Shown piece after piece: positions 10,086 through 19,760 of a stretch of DNA of 64,000 bases (positions are counted from its first letter, which is position 1; every line of letters starts with the position of its first letter). This DNA is from an uncultured Chloroflexia bacterium (GTDB taxonomy: Bacteria; Chloroflexota; Limnocylindria; Limnocylindrales; CSP1-4): NCBI GenBank assembly GCA_963712745.1, contig CAVQJC010000011.1, forward strand, positions 160,001-224,000, written 5' to 3'. Made by a program: the position numbers and the translations under genes. The notes beneath the pieces were generated by a model. The model was not told the DNA's origin and made no database searches. It was given only the letters and a program-made list of their open reading frames with translations.

Positions 10086-11282
10086 TGGCCAGCGACGTCA
10101 TCGTGCCCGAGGTCGGCGAGGTGGGCATGGAGGTCGTCTTCGTGCGCTGGCTCAAGGCTGAGGGCGACGAGGTCGCCGTCGGTGACCCACTGTTCGAGGT
10201 CGATACCGAGAAGAGCGTCATGGAGGTCGAGGCCTACGCGGCCGGCATCCTGACCGACCTGGCCGTGAGCGAGGGGGACACTCGTCCAGACGCGCCAGGT
10301 CATCGCCCGCATGCTGGCCCCTGGTGAGGATGCGGCTCCCCCGCCTCCCGCGCCGCAGCGGACCCCCGACACAAGCCTCCACTCCTCCACCGGCGGGTCG
10401 CCCGGGACCGGCGAGTCCTCCTCCGCGGTCCCGGCGCCCAGTCCGGCTGGATCTCCCGGGCCGCCCGGCGCCCGCGACGAGGCGGCATCAGTCCCCGCGC
10501 CCGGCGAGTCGCCAAGGAGCTCGGTGTCGAGATCGACGACCTCGTGGGCACCGGCCCCGACGGGCTGGTCACGGAGGCCGATGTCCGAGCTGCTGCCGAG
10601 CGTGCGGCCGCCTCGCCCCCCTCGGCCACGCCCGCGAGTGCGCCGGATCACGCCGACCGCGCTCGTCGCGCGGTGGCCGACCTGACTACCAGGTCGTGGC
10701 AGACGATCCCGCACTTCTACCTCCAGCTCGAGGCGGACGTGCGAGCGAGGGCTGGAACTGGCCAAGCCCACACCGCTCATCTGTGCCGCGGTGGCCCAGT
10801 CGCTGGCGCGCCACCCCGAGTGCAACCTGGGCTGGGACGGCGACCGGCCCGTGCCTCGCGGCAGCGTCGATCTGGGCCTGCTCGTGGACGCCCCGGCGGG
10901 CCTGCTCATCACCGTCATCAACGAGGCCCAGGACCTCGACCTCGCCGACATGGTCGAGGCCATCAAGGGGGCTGCCGACCGCGCTCGCAGTGGCACGCTC
11001 AGCGCGGCCGACCTGGGCCCGCGCAGCCTGACCGTCTCCAATCTGGGCATGTACTCGGTCGACCGCTTCGCCGCGGTCATCCCCACGCCCGACGTGTTGA
11101 CCCTGGCGGTCGGCCGGACGCGCACCGTGCCCCGCTGGGACGGCAGCCCATTCACACCGCGCAAGGTCGTCGACCTGACCCTTTCGGTCGACCACCGGGC
11201 GCTCGACGGGGCCGCTGCGGCACGGTTCATGAGCACCCTGGAGTCGGTCCTGGCCGACCCCATCGCGGAGGGCTTGGCATGA
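10085..11282 (+). CDS. Dihydrolipoamide acyltransferase E2 (frameshifted about three times)
   Basis: Lipoyl domain EVDTEKSVMEV, subunit-binding SPRARRVAKELG..GTGPDG, IPHFY, SNLGM and catalytic DHRALDG are spread over three frames. Confidence 0.85.
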
Positions 11283-11683
11283 AGAAGATCGAGATCGAGA
11301 GCGAGCGCAGCGTTCAGGCGCTCGACGTCACCGAACGCATCACCGACGGGTCATGGCCGGACGGCTGGCTCGTGCTGAGCGTGCCGCACACGACGGCTGC
11401 ACTCATCATCGGCGAGAACGATCCGGAGATGCTGGAGGACTACGAGAAGGTGGCAGTCGAGTTGCCGGCACCCTTCGAGCCCTTCAAGCACCACCGCAAC
11501 GACAATCCCAACGCGGCTGCGCATGTCATCTCCAGCCTTGCCGGGACGCAGCTGTTGCTGCCGGTCGAGGACGGCGAGCTCGTGCTGGGCACGTGGCAGC
11601 GGATCATCTTCATCGAGCTGGACGGTCCCAAGACACGGACCATCCTGTGCGGCAGCATCGCCGCGCAATCCCTGGAGGCCTGA
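11279..11683 (+). CDS. yjbQ: YjbQ/UPF0047 family protein (secondary thiamine-phosphate synthase family)
   Basis: VPHTTAALII.END, H..D..NAAAH, LGTWQRIIFIELDGP.TR. Confidence 0.92.
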   Translation: MKKIEIESERSVQALDVTERITDGSWPDGWLVLSVPHTTAALIIGENDPEMLEDYEKVAVELPAPFEPFKHHRNDNPNAAAHVISSLAGTQLLLPVEDGELVLGTWQRIIFIELDGPKTRTILCGSIAAQSLEA

Positions 11684-11686
11684 GAC

Positions 11687-12146
11687 ATGCGCATCGCGGT
11701 GGGGGCCGACGCGAACGCCGTCGAGCTCAAGGAACTCATCAAGGAACACATCATCAGCCGTGGCCACGAGGTCGTCGACTTCGGCCTGCAGGCCGGTGAG
11801 GACGTCGACTATCCCGATGTCGGCGAGCCGGTCGCGCGTGCGGTCGCGGCGGGGGAGGTCGAGCGAGCCGTGCTCTGCTGTGGCACCGGGCTGGGCATGG
11901 CCATCGTGGCCAACAAGGTGCACGGCGTGCGCGCCGCGCCGGTGACCGATCCCTACTCGGCCGAGCGGGCCATCAAGTCCAACAACGCGCAGGTGCTGTG
12001 CCTGGGCAGCCTGGTGGTGGGCCGGAACGTGGCCCCGCTACTGGTGGACCACTGGCTCGACGGCGAGTTCGCCGGCGGCGGCTCTGCGCGCAAGGTCGAC
12101 AAGATCGATCGATCTCGACGGACGAGAGCGCGGCGAAGCGCGCTAG
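11687..12146 (+). CDS. rpiB: RpiB/LacA/LacB sugar-phosphate isomerase (probable frameshift near 12110)
   Basis: IAVGAD, DYPD, CCGTGLGMAIVANKV.GVRAA, NNAQVLCLG; a shifted frame gives a stop at 12146 and normal length. Confidence 0.9.
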
Positions 12147-12194
12147 AGGGACACGCCAGCGAGGCCAGGGAATCGGGATGTCTGGGGGAGTGGC

Positions 12195-13775
12195 TTGAAC
12201 GGACAGGGCGAGATGGAGGCGGCGGAGATGACGGCCGTTCCATCGGTCGCGCCCGAGGCCGGCACGGGCACGACCCCTCGCCTGCGCATCCGCGGCGTCT
12301 CCAAGAGCTACGAGGGCATCCATGCGCTCGAGGACGTCAGTTTCGACGTCCAGCCGGGCGAGATCCACGCCCTGGTCGGTGAGAACGGTGCCGGCAAGTC
12401 CACGCTCGTCAAGATCATCACCGGGCTCGTGGAGCCGGACGGCGGGGAAACCATCCTCGATGGTGAGGCGGTCCAATTCGCCACGCCCATGGAGGCACGG
12501 GATGCCGGGGTCAGCGCGGTCTACCAGGACCCCAAGCTGTTCCCGCACCTGGACGTCGCCGAGAACATCTTCATGGGCATCTTCCCGCGTTCGCCCGGCC
12601 GCACCATCGACCGCCGGGGCATGTACGCGGAGACCGAACGATTGCTCGCTGAGCTCGACGTGGATCTCAGTCCCACCGCGCTGGTCGCCGGTCTGTCGGT
12701 GGCCGAGCTCCAGTTCGTGGGCATCGCTCGCGCCCTCACCAAGCAGCTCGGTCTGCTCATCCTCGACGAGCCCACTGCCGCCCTCACGCCGACCGAGGCG
12801 GAGCGCCTCTTCTCCATCGTGCGCTCGCTCCGCGACCGCGGCACCGCGGTCATCTTCATCTCGCATCGGCTGGAGGAATTGCCCGGCTTCGTCGACTCGG
12901 TGACGGTCCTGCGAGACGGGCACCACGTCCAGACGGCTGGTATCGAGCAGATGGGCCAGGACCACATCGTCCGCCTCATGGTCGGTCGGTCTCTGGAGAA
13001 CCTGTACCGGCGGGCCGAGGACGGCATCGAGCTGGGAGATGAGCGGCTGCGGGTGGAGGCGCTCTCCCTGCCGGGTGCATTCCGTGACGTGTCGTTCAGC
13101 GTCAAGGCCGGTGAGGTCGTCACCTTGGCCGGTCTCGTGGGCGCGGGGAGGACCGAGATCGCGCAGGCCATCTTCGGCATCGCACCTGCCGAATCGGGGC
13201 GCGTGTGGGTAGACGGCCAGGAGGTCAAGGTCGAGAACGCTCGCCAGATGCTTGGCCTGGGCGTGGCCTACCTGCCCGAGGATCGAGATGGACAGGGCCT
13301 CGTGACCGAGTTCTCCATCGAGCACAACATCACCCTGCCCATCATGCGCAAGCTCAGCCGCTTCGGCTTCGTCCGGCGTCGCGCGGAGCGGCAGGTGGCT
13401 ACCGACATCGCCGCCGAGCTTGATGTGCGCATGAGCTCCGTCGAGCAGGCCGTCAATGCCCTGTCCGGTGGCAACCGCCAGAAGGTCGTCATCGGCAAGT
13501 GGCTGGCCGCCAAGCCGCGAGTGCTCATCCTCGACGAGCCCACCCACGGCATCGACGTCGGCACCAAGGCCCAGGTCCACGAGCTCATCGCCGGTCTGGC
13601 GCGCGGTGGCCTGGCCATCCTGGCCATCTCGTCTGACCTGCCGGAGGTGCTGGCCATCAGCTCGCGCATCCTGGTCATCAACGAGGGCCTGCTGGTCGAC
13701 GAGTTCCCCGGGGAGGGAACGACCCAGGAAGAGGTCATCACCGCCGCCACGCGCCAGCGCAGGGACGCCGCATGA
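12195..13775 (+). CDS. CUT2 sugar ABC transporter ATP-binding protein (RhaT/RbsA-like)
   Basis: GENGAGKST, LDEPT, LSGGNRQK, DEPTHGIDVG; start may be 12213 or 12228. Confidence 0.95.
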   Translation: MNGQGEMEAAEMTAVPSVAPEAGTGTTPRLRIRGVSKSYEGIHALEDVSFDVQPGEIHALVGENGAGKSTLVKIITGLVEPDGGETILDGEAVQFATPMEARDAGVSAVYQDPKLFPHLDVAENIFMGIFPRSPGRTIDRRGMYAETERLLAELDVDLSPTALVAGLSVAELQFVGIARALTKQLGLLILDEPTAALTPTEAERLFSIVRSLRDRGTAVIFISHRLEELPGFVDSVTVLRDGHHVQTAGIEQMGQDHIVRLMVGRSLENLYRRAEDGIELGDERLRVEALSLPGAFRDVSFSVKAGEVVTLAGLVGAGRTEIAQAIFGIAPAESGRVWVDGQEVKVENARQMLGLGVAYLPEDRDGQGLVTEFSIEHNITLPIMRKLSRFGFVRRRAERQVATDIAAELDVRMSSVEQAVNALSGGNRQKVVIGKWLAAKPRVLILDEPTHGIDVGTKAQVHELIAGLARGGLAILAISSDLPEVLAISSRILVINEGLLVDEFPGEGTTQEEVITAATRQRRDAA

Positions 13776-14827
13776 CCTTGCAGCCGGCCGGGCCCAGCAC
13801 GGACGGCGCCAGCGGCAGCGGTCTCTCCGAGAGCCGCAAGCGGTGGCTGACACTCCTGATCAAGGGGCGCAGCTTCGCGGTGCTGGCGGTGCTGGCCGTG
13901 CTGGTGGCGTTCTTCTCGATCGCGACCGACAACTTCGCCACCCCGGAGTCCTTCCGCAGTATCACCGTGAACGCGGCGCTGCTGGCCATCATCGCCTGCG
14001 GCGAGGGCATCGTCATCCTGACCCGCAACTACGACATCTCCATCGGCTCCACGCTGGGCCTGGCGGCCTACGTCGCCTACGACTGGGGTCAGATGTATCC
14101 CGAGGCCGCCATCGTGCTGGTGCCGGCCATCGCCATCGCCATCGGCATCGCCTGCGGCGCGGTCAACGGACTGCTCGTCGCCTACGCCAAGATCCCCTCG
14201 ATCGCCGCGACCCTGGGCACGCTCTCGGTCTTCCGGGGCATCCTCTTCATCTACGCGGACGGTCGCATCGTGACGCCGGAGAACATCCCGCGCTGGGCCC
14301 AGGATCTGGTGAGCACGCAGGTCTTCGGGGTGGTCGCGTCCCTGGTCATCATCGCCACCATCACCATCGTGCTGGCCGCGCTCTTCCTGCGCTACTTCTC
14401 GATCGGCCGGCAGATCTACGCGGTCGGCTCGAACCCCGATGCCGCACCCTTCTACGGGCTCGATCAGCGCGGGGTCGTGTTCCGTGCCTACGTCTTGTGC
14501 GGCTTGCTGGCCGGTTTCGCCGGCTTCCTCTTCGGAGCACAGGTGAGCTACATCATCCAGTACGCCGGACAGAACATGGAGCTGCTGGCCATCGCGGCCG
14601 TGGTCATCGGCGGCATCAGCGTGCTCGGTGGGACCGGCAACATCCTGGGCGCCGCGTTCGGTGCCCTCACCCTGGCCACCATCGACAACGGCCTCATCCA
14701 GATGAAGCTGCCCGAATTCGCACGGCTGGTGATCCAGGGCGGCGTGATCATCCTGGCCGTGATGCTCGACGCGGTCGTCCAGCGCCAGGCACGTTCCATC
14801 CTCCGCTCCATGAGACGAAGGGGCTGA
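13772..14827 (+). CDS. Sugar ABC transporter permease (RhaP/LsrC-like)
   Basis: YDISIGS, GRQIYAVGSNP, ELLAIAAVVIGG. Confidence 0.93.
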   Translation: MTLQPAGPSTDGASGSGLSESRKRWLTLLIKGRSFAVLAVLAVLVAFFSIATDNFATPESFRSITVNAALLAIIACGEGIVILTRNYDISIGSTLGLAAYVAYDWGQMYPEAAIVLVPAIAIAIGIACGAVNGLLVAYAKIPSIAATLGTLSVFRGILFIYADGRIVTPENIPRWAQDLVSTQVFGVVASLVIIATITIVLAALFLRYFSIGRQIYAVGSNPDAAPFYGLDQRGVVFRAYVLCGLLAGFAGFLFGAQVSYIIQYAGQNMELLAIAAVVIGGISVLGGTGNILGAAFGALTLATIDNGLIQMKLPEFARLVIQGGVIILAVMLDAVVQRQARSILRSMRRRG

Positions 14828-14828
14828 T

Positions 14829-15842
14829 GTGAAGGCGCGACTGACACGCACGGTCACCACCTACGGCTGGGAGTTCGTCCTGCTGGGGCTGCTGGCTGGG
14901 GCTGTCGTGCTCAACTCGAACATCTCGCCCTGGTATCTGAACGTCAACCAGATCCTCAACGGTCTCAAGTTCATCATGGTGCCGGGGCTGCTCGCGCTGG
15001 CCCTGGCGGTCATCGTTCTGCAGGGCGAGATCGACATCTCGCTGCCCTCGCAGGTGGCGGTGGGCACGGTCCTCTTCGGCTTCCTCGCCTCCCAGGGAGT
15101 GCCCTACGTCCTGGCCGTCGTCGTGGTCATCGGTGTCGGGGCTTTGCTGGGTACCTTCAACGGCATCGTGGTCACCAGCTTCGGCCTGCCCTCGATGGCC
15201 GTCACATTCGGAACGCTGTGGGCCTACCGCGGACTGGCGTTCCTGCTGCCCGACGGTGAGTACGGCTACGCCTCCACGGCCTTCGGCGAGGACTACTTCT
15301 GGATCGGCGGGACCAAGCTTTGGGGCAGCCTGCCGGTGGGCCTGGTGGTGTTGGCCGTGACCGCGATCGGCATCGGTCTGCTGGTGCATCGCACGACCTA
15401 CGGCCGCTGGACCTACGCCATCGGTAACAACGCGCAAGCGGCGCGCTTCTCCGGCATTCGCGTGGGCCTCGTCAAGACCGGCGCCTATGCCCTCGGTGGC
15501 GTCATCGCGGCCCTGGGCGCACTCATCTTCGTGGGCCAGTACGAGTCCGCGCGCGGCGACAACATGGAGGGCCAGCTGCTCTTCATCGTGGCCGCGGTCG
15601 TGCTCGGCGGCATCGACCTGATGGGCGGCAAGGGACACATCATCGGCGTCGTCCTCTCCATCCTGCTGCTGGGCACGCTTCTCAACGGCATGGGCCTGGC
15701 GAACGTTGATTCCACGATCCAGCTGCTCGTCTTCGGCTCGCTGCTGATCGGCTCCGTACTCATCCAGCGCGGTGCCCAGTGGGCCCGCGCCTTCCAGCGT
15801 CGCCGGGCCGCGTCCCGGGCCGCGTCTCCTTCCAGCTCATGA
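14829..15842 (+). CDS. Sugar ABC transporter permease (RhaQ/LsrD-like)
   Basis: GEIDIS, GRWTYAIGNN..AARFSGI, AAVVLGG. Confidence 0.93.
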   Translation: MKARLTRTVTTYGWEFVLLGLLAGAVVLNSNISPWYLNVNQILNGLKFIMVPGLLALALAVIVLQGEIDISLPSQVAVGTVLFGFLASQGVPYVLAVVVVIGVGALLGTFNGIVVTSFGLPSMAVTFGTLWAYRGLAFLLPDGEYGYASTAFGEDYFWIGGTKLWGSLPVGLVVLAVTAIGIGLLVHRTTYGRWTYAIGNNAQAARFSGIRVGLVKTGAYALGGVIAALGALIFVGQYESARGDNMEGQLLFIVAAVVLGGIDLMGGKGHIIGVVLSILLLGTLLNGMGLANVDSTIQLLVFGSLLIGSVLIQRGAQWARAFQRRRAASRAASPSSS

Positions 15843-15913
15843 CGACGAGAGGAGGTGGTCGAGTCCATTCCTAGGGCGTACCCATCAACGGTCACAACGA
15901 CAGGAGGATCAAG

Positions 15914-16963
15914 ATGCGACGAATGATCTCAGGGGCGGCAGCGCTGGCGCTGACCGCGAGCCTGGCCACTGCGCCGGCCATGGCTCAGGACGACATGATG
16001 GCGGATCTCACGGACGAACAGGCTCAGTGCCTGGCCGACCTGAGCATCTTCCACGTGCCCAAGTTCACCGGCTTCATCTTCTTCGAGCTGGCGCGTGAGG
16101 GTGCCAACCAGGCCGCTGTCGACCTGGGCGCCGCCGAACCGGTCTACATCGGCCCGGACAAGGCCGATGTGCAGCAGCAGGTGCAGGTCATCCAGAACAT
16201 CCTGCCCCAGCAGCCCGACGTCATCGTGCTGGCCTCGCTGGACCTCAACGCGTTGAGCCCCTCGCTCAAGGAGGCCCGCGACAACGGTGCTGTCGTGGTC
16301 ACCTACGACGCCGACGTCTCGGCCGATGCCCGCGACCTGTTCACGAACATGATGACGTTCCCGCAGCAGGCTCGGGCCATGCTCGATTCAGCGCTCGTCA
16401 ACGACCCCGCCGGCGGCAAGGCCATCTGGCTGGCGCCGCACCCCACGACGGCCAACTTCATCTCGCAGAAGGCCGCCATCGACGAGCTCATCGCGGCCGA
16501 GCCCGACACGTACGCCAAGATCGAGTTCATCGACACGCTGTTCATGGAGGACGATCCCGAGCTGTCCAAGCGCGTCGCCACCGACGCCATGGCCGCCAAC
16601 CCGGACCTGAAGTACTTCATCACCGGCTCCGGCATGGCCAACCCGGCCGTCAACCAGGCCATCATCGACACCGGCAACAAGGGCAAGGTCTTCTCCACCG
16701 GCTTCGCATTGCCGAGCACGATGCTGACCTACCTCGAGGACGGCACCAACGCGCAGTACGCGCTCTGGAACCCGGTCGACTTCGGCTACCTGGCCACCGT
16801 GGCCGGAGCGCTGAAGAAGTGCGGCGTCATCGAGGGTGCCGAGGGCGAGTCGTTCAACGCCGGACATCTCGGCGAGCGGACCATCGGGACCGAGGGTGAG
16901 ATCGTCCTGGGTGAGCCCATGTTCTTCACGCCCGAGTGCCCCGACTTCGACTCCTGCAGCTAG
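15914..16963 (+). CDS. Sugar ABC transporter substrate-binding protein (RhaS/LsrB-like)
   Basis: Signal peptide ending APAMA-QDD; VPK..G..FF, VVTYDAD, TGFALPS, LWNPVDFGY. Confidence 0.9.
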   Translation: MRRMISGAAALALTASLATAPAMAQDDMMADLTDEQAQCLADLSIFHVPKFTGFIFFELAREGANQAAVDLGAAEPVYIGPDKADVQQQVQVIQNILPQQPDVIVLASLDLNALSPSLKEARDNGAVVVTYDADVSADARDLFTNMMTFPQQARAMLDSALVNDPAGGKAIWLAPHPTTANFISQKAAIDELIAAEPDTYAKIEFIDTLFMEDDPELSKRVATDAMAANPDLKYFITGSGMANPAVNQAIIDTGNKGKVFSTGFALPSTMLTYLEDGTNAQYALWNPVDFGYLATVAGALKKCGVIEGAEGESFNAGHLGERTIGTEGEIVLGEPMFFTPECPDFDSCS

Positions 16964-16978
16964 TCACTTCGTAGTCAA

Positions 16979-17016
16979 GGATGGGGCCGGGCGCGCCCAG
17001 TGACCCGGCCCCATCC
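16979..17016 (+). terminator. Stem-loop after SBP gene
   Basis: Perfect 13-bp inverted repeat GGATGGGGCCGGG / CCCGGCCCCATCC. Confidence 0.65.
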
Positions 17017-17036
17017 GTTCGTCCAGGAGGGGTGAG

Positions 17037-18059
17037 ATGGACCCACGCACACGCGTCCGACTGGGCCGTACGGGCGTCGAGGTCAACCAGCTGCTGCTGG
17101 GCCTGGTGCCGCTCGGGAACATGTACAAGGCCGTGCCCGAGGATGAGGCGCAGGCCACCCTCCGGGCATGGTGGGACCGCGGCCTGCGCACCTACGACGT
17201 GGCGCCGGTCTATGGCTTCGGTCTGGCGGAGCGGCGCTTGGGCCGCTTCCTCGCGGGGCGTCCGCGGTCGGAGTTCGTGGTCTCGACCAAGGTCGGGCGT
17301 CCGGTGCGCAAGGGCGCTCCCGACGATCCCGAACTGTACTGGGCGGACGGGACGCCGTACTTCCACGATATGCCCGACGACGTGCGCCCGTACTACGACT
17401 ACACCCGCGACGGCATGCTCTGGGGCTTCGAGCAGAGCCTGGAGCGACTGGGCCTCGAGCGCGTGGACTACGTGCACATGCACGACCCCGACGACCACAT
17501 CCGCGAGGCCGTCGACGTCGTCTTCCCGACCCTCGCCGAGCTGCGCGACCAGGGTGTCATCGGCGCCATCGGCGTGGGCACCAACTTCGGCCGGGTGGGC
17601 TACCCCATCGCCCGAGAATGCGACATCGACTGCGTGCTCCTGGCCGGCCGCTACACCCTCCTCGACTTCGAGGGCACCGAGGACCTGCTGCCCCTCTGCG
17701 AGGAACGTGGCATCAGCGTCATCAACGGCGGCGTCTTCAACGGCGGCTTCCTGGCCGATCCCAAGATCGGTGGGTTGTTCCAGTACAACCCCACCAGCGA
17801 CCAGGGACTGGTCGACCGTGCCCTGCGCATCAAGTCGACCTGCGAGGCCCACGGCGTGCCCATCAAGGCGGCGGCAGTCCAGTTCTCGATGGGTCATCCG
17901 GCGGTACCGGCGGTGGTGGTGGGCGCCAGCTCGGTCGCTCATGCCAACGAGGTCGTGGACTTGTTCGAGCTCGACATCCCCGACGCCATGTGGGACGAGC
18001 TCCTGGCCCAGGGCTTGTTGCCGGAAGGCACGCCCGTGCCGCGTCTGGCACTCAGCTAG
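17037..18059 (+). CDS. Aldo/keto reductase, L-fucose/D-threo-aldose 1-dehydrogenase-like
   Basis: YDVAPVYG.G.AE, STKVGR, HDPD, LLAGRYTLL, GGVFNGG. Confidence 0.85.
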   Translation: MDPRTRVRLGRTGVEVNQLLLGLVPLGNMYKAVPEDEAQATLRAWWDRGLRTYDVAPVYGFGLAERRLGRFLAGRPRSEFVVSTKVGRPVRKGAPDDPELYWADGTPYFHDMPDDVRPYYDYTRDGMLWGFEQSLERLGLERVDYVHMHDPDDHIREAVDVVFPTLAELRDQGVIGAIGVGTNFGRVGYPIARECDIDCVLLAGRYTLLDFEGTEDLLPLCEERGISVINGGVFNGGFLADPKIGGLFQYNPTSDQGLVDRALRIKSTCEAHGVPIKAAAVQFSMGHPAVPAVVVGASSVAHANEVVDLFELDIPDAMWDELLAQGLLPEGTPVPRLALS

Positions 18060-18068
18060 CGCCGTCAG

Positions 18069-19760
18069 TCAGCCAGTGCCGTCAGGATCGCGCAGGCTGG
18101 CGTAGACGCGCATGGGCACACGCGGGTAGCCCGACGCTCCGCGCGGGAAGGGCTCGGAGACCTCGTCGGTCTGCCACACTCCGTCGCCGTCAGCCGCTCG
18201 TGCCGTGAACAGGACCTGCCCGGGCTCGTCCAGCACCAGCTCTGCCCGCCAGCGCACCCAGGTCAGACGGCCGATGGGCCCGCCGAGGGGCTCGAGCTCG
18301 GCATTGCGCCAGGAAGCCCCACGGTCGAGGCTGTACTGCACCGCCGAGATGCCCCGGTCGCCCGAGCTGGCCACGCCGAGGGCGGTGAAGGGCCGGCCGG
18401 CGAGGACGGAGTCGCTGATGCCATCCGCGATGGGCAGGTCGATGCGGCAGTAGGTGCGGACCGGAGCGTCGGTCTGCCACCCGCCCTTGACCCACCAGCC
18501 CGGCTCGTCGACTGCGCTGAGGACCATGTCGGTGATGTGCTTGGGCTGAGCCATGCCGTAGCGCCCGGCCACCAGCAGCCGGAGCGGCTGGCCGTGCTCT
18601 GGTGGAAGGGGCGTGCCGGGCGGGCCCATCTCGTAGACCAGCCAGGTGTCCGCGTCCATGGCCGTCTCCAGGTCCAGCGACTCGTGGTATCCGTCTGCGC
18701 AGCGCCAGATGACGAAGCGAGCGTCGGGATGCGGTCCCACCCGGTCGAGCAGGTCCGCCACGCGAGCGCCCTGCCAGCGCTGGTTGCCGATGAGCTCGCT
18801 GCGCGTGATCGATTCGGCGCTGATGCACTGGAGCGTGCGGAAGGCCTCGTAGGCTGGAAGGGCGTGCAGGTCTTCCAGAGTCCATGAGCCGGGCCGCTCG
18901 ACGAGGCCGTCGATGTTGAGGGACCAGGTCGCCGGGTCGATCTCCATGGGGATCCAGTCCTTGGACACGAAGTAGAACTCGGGCACCGGAGTGACCGCCC
19001 GTACGTAGCCGAACCCAGGCTCTCCCGGCGGGTCCACCTGACCGGGCAGGGCCGTGCGCGGTCGGGGGATGACCCGGGAGGCCAGCAGGAGCCCGGAGGC
19101 TGCCAGGGAGCCGAGGCCGGCGAACACCACCAGTCCGGCCACGAAGCGGCGGCGGGAAAGGGCGGAGGCAGAACCGTCAGCCTGGATCGTGACGAGGCCT
19201 GCAGCATCGGTCGGCTTGGGGCCGGCAGCATTCCCTGGTGCCGTGCCGGCCGGCTCCTGGCCGATCCACAGCCAGAGCGTGGCGACGGCCCCATATGCGA
19301 CCGATGCGGCTGCGAGGGGGAGATGCACTGCGGCCGCCTCGGAGATCAGGTCCGAGCCGGCCAATCCCACGCCGGCCAGCGGCATCACCACCAGCTCGCC
19401 CAGCGTGAACGCGACCGCGCCCAGCAAGATGGCGTCTACGACCGAGCCCCAGCGGCTCAGGATGCGCAGGCCGCTCATGAGCCAGGCGAGCGCAGCGCCG
19501 ACGACGGGCATGGCCGCGCAGACTCCGACGATGAGGGCGCCCTTGGCGATCGGGCCCAGCGTCTTGATGCCCCAGTCGAAGAGCCACGGCGGCATCGCTC
19601 GGGCGATCCCATCGGAGGCGACCTCCAGGATGCCCGGCGAACCACCGCCGAAGCGTGCCAGCAGCAGGATGAGGAGCGCGACACAGCCGCCGAGCCCACC
19701 AGCGATCAGGGCGTTGCGCCCACTCGTCGCGCGGTCCCGCGGCGCGGCACGGTCCTTCAT
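18069..19760 (-). CDS. Membrane-anchored sulfite-oxidase-family molybdopterin oxidoreductase
   Basis: N-terminal TM helices, internal SRRRF, FY.VSK, Mo-ligand TLQCIS, HGQPLRLLV.GRYG, C-terminal Ig-like domain with W..W. Confidence 0.85.
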   Translation of the reverse strand: MKDRAAPRDRATSGRNALIAGGLGGCVALLILLLARFGGGSPGILEVASDGIARAMPPWLFDWGIKTLGPIAKGALIVGVCAAMPVVGAALAWLMSGLRILSRWGSVVDAILLGAVAFTLGELVVMPLAGVGLAGSDLISEAAAVHLPLAAASVAYGAVATLWLWIGQEPAGTAPGNAAGPKPTDAAGLVTIQADGSASALSRRRFVAGLVVFAGLGSLAASGLLLASRVIPRPRTALPGQVDPPGEPGFGYVRAVTPVPEFYFVSKDWIPMEIDPATWSLNIDGLVERPGSWTLEDLHALPAYEAFRTLQCISAESITRSELIGNQRWQGARVADLLDRVGPHPDARFVIWRCADGYHESLDLETAMDADTWLVYEMGPPGTPLPPEHGQPLRLLVAGRYGMAQPKHITDMVLSAVDEPGWWVKGGWQTDAPVRTYCRIDLPIADGISDSVLAGRPFTALGVASSGDRGISAVQYSLDRGASWRNAELEPLGGPIGRLTWVRWRAELVLDEPGQVLFTARAADGDGVWQTDEVSEPFPRGASGYPRVPMRVYASLRDPDGTG

